Assembly (NCBI GenBank): GCA_965112735.1
Contig: OZ218960.1
Coordinates: 3,286,001 to 3,350,000, forward strand
DNA from: Phaeosaccion multiseriatum
Taxonomy: Eukaryota; Protista; Ochrophyta, other classes
Length of the DNA stretch: 64,000 bases
Direction: 5' to 3'
Notes under the pieces: generated by a model
The model's input: only the letters and a program-made list of their open reading frames with translations
Told to the model about the DNA's origin: nothing
Databases searched by the model: none
Shown: positions 61,001-64,000 of the stretch, piece after piece
Layout: every line of letters starts with the position of its first letter
Numbering within the stretch: the stretch's first letter is position 1
Translations under genes and position numbers: made by a program

Positions 61001-64000
61001 TGGGGGGGGGGCTGCCAAGAGAGAGGGAGTGCAGAGGAGCGGATCGCTTCCATGCGTTCGGTGTGTTCAGTGGGCGGCACTGCTCTTCGTGCTGGCTGAC
61101 TGGAAGGGCCCTCCTTGATTCCGTTCGATTGTCCTGCTCTGTCCCACCTCCTTTGCCTGCAGGCCCAGGCAGAGGAGGCCCTGTCACGAGCAATTTGCGC
61201 CGAGGAAGGCGTGCACAGCGCACAGCGCGAGGCAGAGGAGGCAAAGCAGCAGGTGGAGGCGCTGGGAGCGGCCATAGGGAGGGCAGAGGCTGTGCTGGAC
61301 AGCTGCCTTGAGGCGTGTTTAAGAGCCAGGAGAGGGCGAGAGGAGGAGGAGGAGGACTCCGACGACGAAGAGGAGGAGAAGGAGGAGGGGGAGGACAGGG
61401 AGGGGGGCAGCACCGCGGGAGCGTTGTCGTCCAAGCTGGTGCTGCTGCGGCGCGGCTTGTTGTCTATTGTGGCGGAGAGAGACTCTCTGCAGCGCCGACT
61501 CTCTGCAGCGGCGAGGGACAGCGAGGAGCGCCTGAAAGCCAGGCTCGAGGCCGCCCAGGGGGGCACTTCCCAGGGGGGCTCGTCCCCAATGGATTCCGGA
61601 ACGGCAGCGGCTGCGGCGAGTGAGCTGCAGCAGGAGCGGTCGTATGGGGTGGCGCTGGCGCTGGACAGACAAGAGGACCGGGCAAGAATCGAGGAGCTGG
61701 TGGAGCAGCTCTCCCGGGGTGATGCACGGCTCAAGGAGGCGGAGGCAGAGAGAGCGGCGCAGCAGTTGGTGATACAGGCGACGCAGCAGGCCCAGGCGGA
61801 GCAGCGGACGGCAGACGAGGAAAGCGCCAGAATCAGCGCCGGCCTCAAGCGAGACCTCGAAGCTGCACAGGTCCAGCACGAGGAGCAAGTGGAGCGGTTG
61901 GCAGAGGCACAGAGCGGGCGGGATCAGCTCCAGGGGCTGCTGGAGGAGGCAAGGGAGAGGGAACAGAGGCTGGAGGAGGGAAGGCAGCAGATGGAGCAGG
62001 AGAGAGACGGGGCTCGGGCACAGGTGGAGAGGCTGCGGGGAGAAGGGCTCGCCAAGCAGAGGGAGCTTGAACTGCTGCACGAGGGAAGGCAACAGATGGA
62101 GGACCACCTCGCGGCGGAGAGGGCCTCCAGAGAGGATGTAAGACGGCTTTTGGGGGAGCAGAGGGAGAGAGAGGAGGCGCAGGCCAGAGATCTCAGGGAG
62201 AGCGCCAGGGAGAGGGAGGGCCTCGGACGGCAGCTGATGGAGGCGGAGCGGGCCCTCGAGAGGGCCCAGCAGCAGTTGGTGATACAGCTCCACGAGCAGC
62301 AGCAGGAGCACGAGGGCGAGGAGAGAAGCGCGATAGGAGGGAGGGAGGAGGCCCTGCGGCGGCTGGCGGAGAGGGAGGAGGAACTTCGGCAGGCCAGGGA
62401 GGAGCAGAAGCAACTGGTGATTCAGCTCCAAGAGCAGCAGCGAGTGGTGGGCCAGCTCCAAGAGCGGCAGGAGCATCATGAGGGGGAGGAGAGAAGCGCG
62501 GGACAGGCGAGGGAGGAGACCCGGCGGCGGCTGGTGGAGATAGAGGAGGAGCGACAACATTTGGTGATACAACTCCAAGAGCAGCAACAAGTGGTTATGC
62601 AGCTCCACGAGCAGCGAGAGCAGCACAGACAGGCCCTGGCGACCACCCGCGGCGGCGAGGAGGAGCTGAGGGAGGAGAGAGATGAGCTGAGCCGGCGGCT
62701 GGAGGAGGAAAGGCAGCAGATGGAGGAGCTGAGCCGGCGGCTGGAGGAGGAAAGGCAGCAGATGGAGGAGCTGAGCCGGCGGCTGGAGGAGGAAAGGCAG
62801 CAGATGGAGGAGCTGTCCAGTCGGCTGGAGCGGGGGGAGGCGGAGCGGCAGAAAGAAGAACGACGCTTCGAGGAGGGGAGAGCGCGGTGGGAGGAAGAGA
62901 GAGAGGCCCTGCAAGGAGAGGCGGGCGGCGCGCGGCAGGAGCTCAGGCAAAGCAAGGTACGGGGGACGGGAGTGCGTGGGAGGGAGGGGAAGGTGTCTAC
63001 GTATGTTCGTGTATGGTGTCTTTAGCTCGGGCATGGGGAGGAGGTTGGGTGAGTAGTGAGGCACGCATCAACTAATTACACTTTGCTGCCCTCTCTGCCC
63101 CTCCCCTGCCTGCCATCCGCTGCCATCCGGAGCAGGAGCAGCTCGCCCAGTTGGCCGAGGCGGTTAGGGCAGCGGAAAGCCGCGCATCTGCCCTTCTGCT
63201 ACCATCCAGCAGGTCGAGCAGCGGCAGGATCACCCCCTTGATCCCTTCTGCCCCCCCTGGGTCTCCTGGGCAGCAGCCCCCACAGCAGGGCATGTTGGGC
63301 ATACAAGGCATGTTCACAGGCATAGACTTGGCGACGACACTGGAGGAGCAACAGCAGCAGCAGGGCGTGTGGGGCGTGCTGACTGGAGGCTTGGCCACGC
63401 TGGTGGAGGTGTTGGGACGGCTGAGCGGAGCCGTCGAGGAGCGCCGCGAGGAGGTGAATGCACTCAAGAGGGAAAGGGAGGAGGCGGGGAGGAACATGCA
63501 CGAGCGGATGGAGGAGGCAGGGCGGCTCTTGGCAGGGGCAAGGGAAGACAACGCGAGGGCGGTGGGCGAGCTGGAGGAGCTGGGGAGGGGCAGGCAGGAC
63601 ATGGCAAGGCGCCTGGCGGAAAGGGGGGAGGAGCTGGAGCAGGCCAAGGAGGAGCTACGGCAGTTGGTGGTACAGCTCCAAGAGCAGCGGAGGTTGGTGG
63701 TGCAGCTTCGAGAGTCAGGGCGGAAACAGGAGCAGGCAGGGAGGGAGGGAGGCGTCCAGGGGGAGGGGATGGAGGAGGAGCAGAAGCAGCTGGTGATACA
63801 GCTTGAAGAGCAGCAACAGTTGGTGCTACAGCTCCGGGAGCAGCAGCAGGAGCACGAAGAGAAGGAGAAAAATGTGGAGGAAGGGAGGGAGGAGGCCCGG
63901 CGGCACCTGACGGAGAGAGATGAGGAACTGCGGCAGGCCAGGGAGGAGCAACAGCAGTTGGTGATACAGCTCCAAGAGCTGCAGCAGCAGGCCCGTGAGG
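49984..64000 (+). CDS. Giant multi-exon coiled-coil protein (pericentrin/AKAP9- or golgin-like scaffold), 3' end outside window
   Basis: Exon 1 (49984-50052) spliced to 50213 gives AQAGKLLLQKFRRRK. More than 10 kb of Glu/Gln/Arg/Leu heptad-rich exons follow, linked by GT-AG introns. The frame is still open at the window edge. Confidence 0.8.
53690..55140 (+). repeat. Coding tandem repeat: 8 units spaced 168 or 189 nt (56/63 aa)
   Basis: Equivalent positions at 53703, 53871, 54060, 54249, 54438, 54606, 54774 and 54963. Confidence 0.95.
60088..60167. repeat. Intronic 20-bp minisatellite GCTGAGTAGGCAGGTCACTG x4
   Basis: Directly visible; the last copy has a 1-nt deletion. Confidence 0.92.
62684..62815 (+). 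repeat. Coding 42-nt repeat (ELSRRLEEERQQME) x3
   Basis: Directly visible exact two-heptad repeat. Confidence 0.92.

Noticed and set aside
60559-63064. Long antisense ORFs (e.g. 60559-61848, 61319-63064, 45941-47074, 19837-20682)
   Set aside because: Shadow frames of GC-rich low-complexity exons on the opposite strand, with no independent motifs.
1-64000. tRNA, rRNA or other structured RNA genes
   Set aside because: None recognised by eye. tRNAscan-SE and Infernal would be needed to exclude snoRNAs or other small RNAs.

Overview
Eukaryotic nuclear DNA, GC-rich, with microsatellite-rich spliceosomal introns; not prokaryotic. A thioredoxin with a signal peptide + ASAFAP-like (ACA|F) presequence suggests a photosynthetic stramenopile (ochrophyte), and an LRGUK/LRRC23-like gene plus CEP78 suggest centrioles/flagella (inference). 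I spliced about 15 genes by hand: an IQ+LRR flagellar-type protein; two tandem GFA/CENP-V paralogues; an endonuclease III-like protein lacking catalytic residues; eIF2B gamma; a small secreted protein; a GDP-mannose-type transporter; a plastid thioredoxin; CEP78; a divergent CK2-alpha-like kinase; p23; topoisomerase III alpha; a secreted Ser/Gly/Tyr-rich protein with RXL sites; a TPP1/Est3-like OB-fold protein; and a giant coiled-coil protein that runs off the window. Twelve of these sit in six head-to-head pairs. At 42.2-44.5 kb a decayed hAT-type transposon contains a truncated chromovirus (chromodomain, PPT, 3' LTR). Best leads: the RXL-processed silaffin/cingulin-like precursor, the candidate shelterin TPP1, a 15-nt motif dispersed through exons (several frames, both strands), introns and a UTR, and the pseudo-glycosylase. 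All family calls come from recognising motifs by eye, and exon boundaries are manual predictions; no database searches were run.
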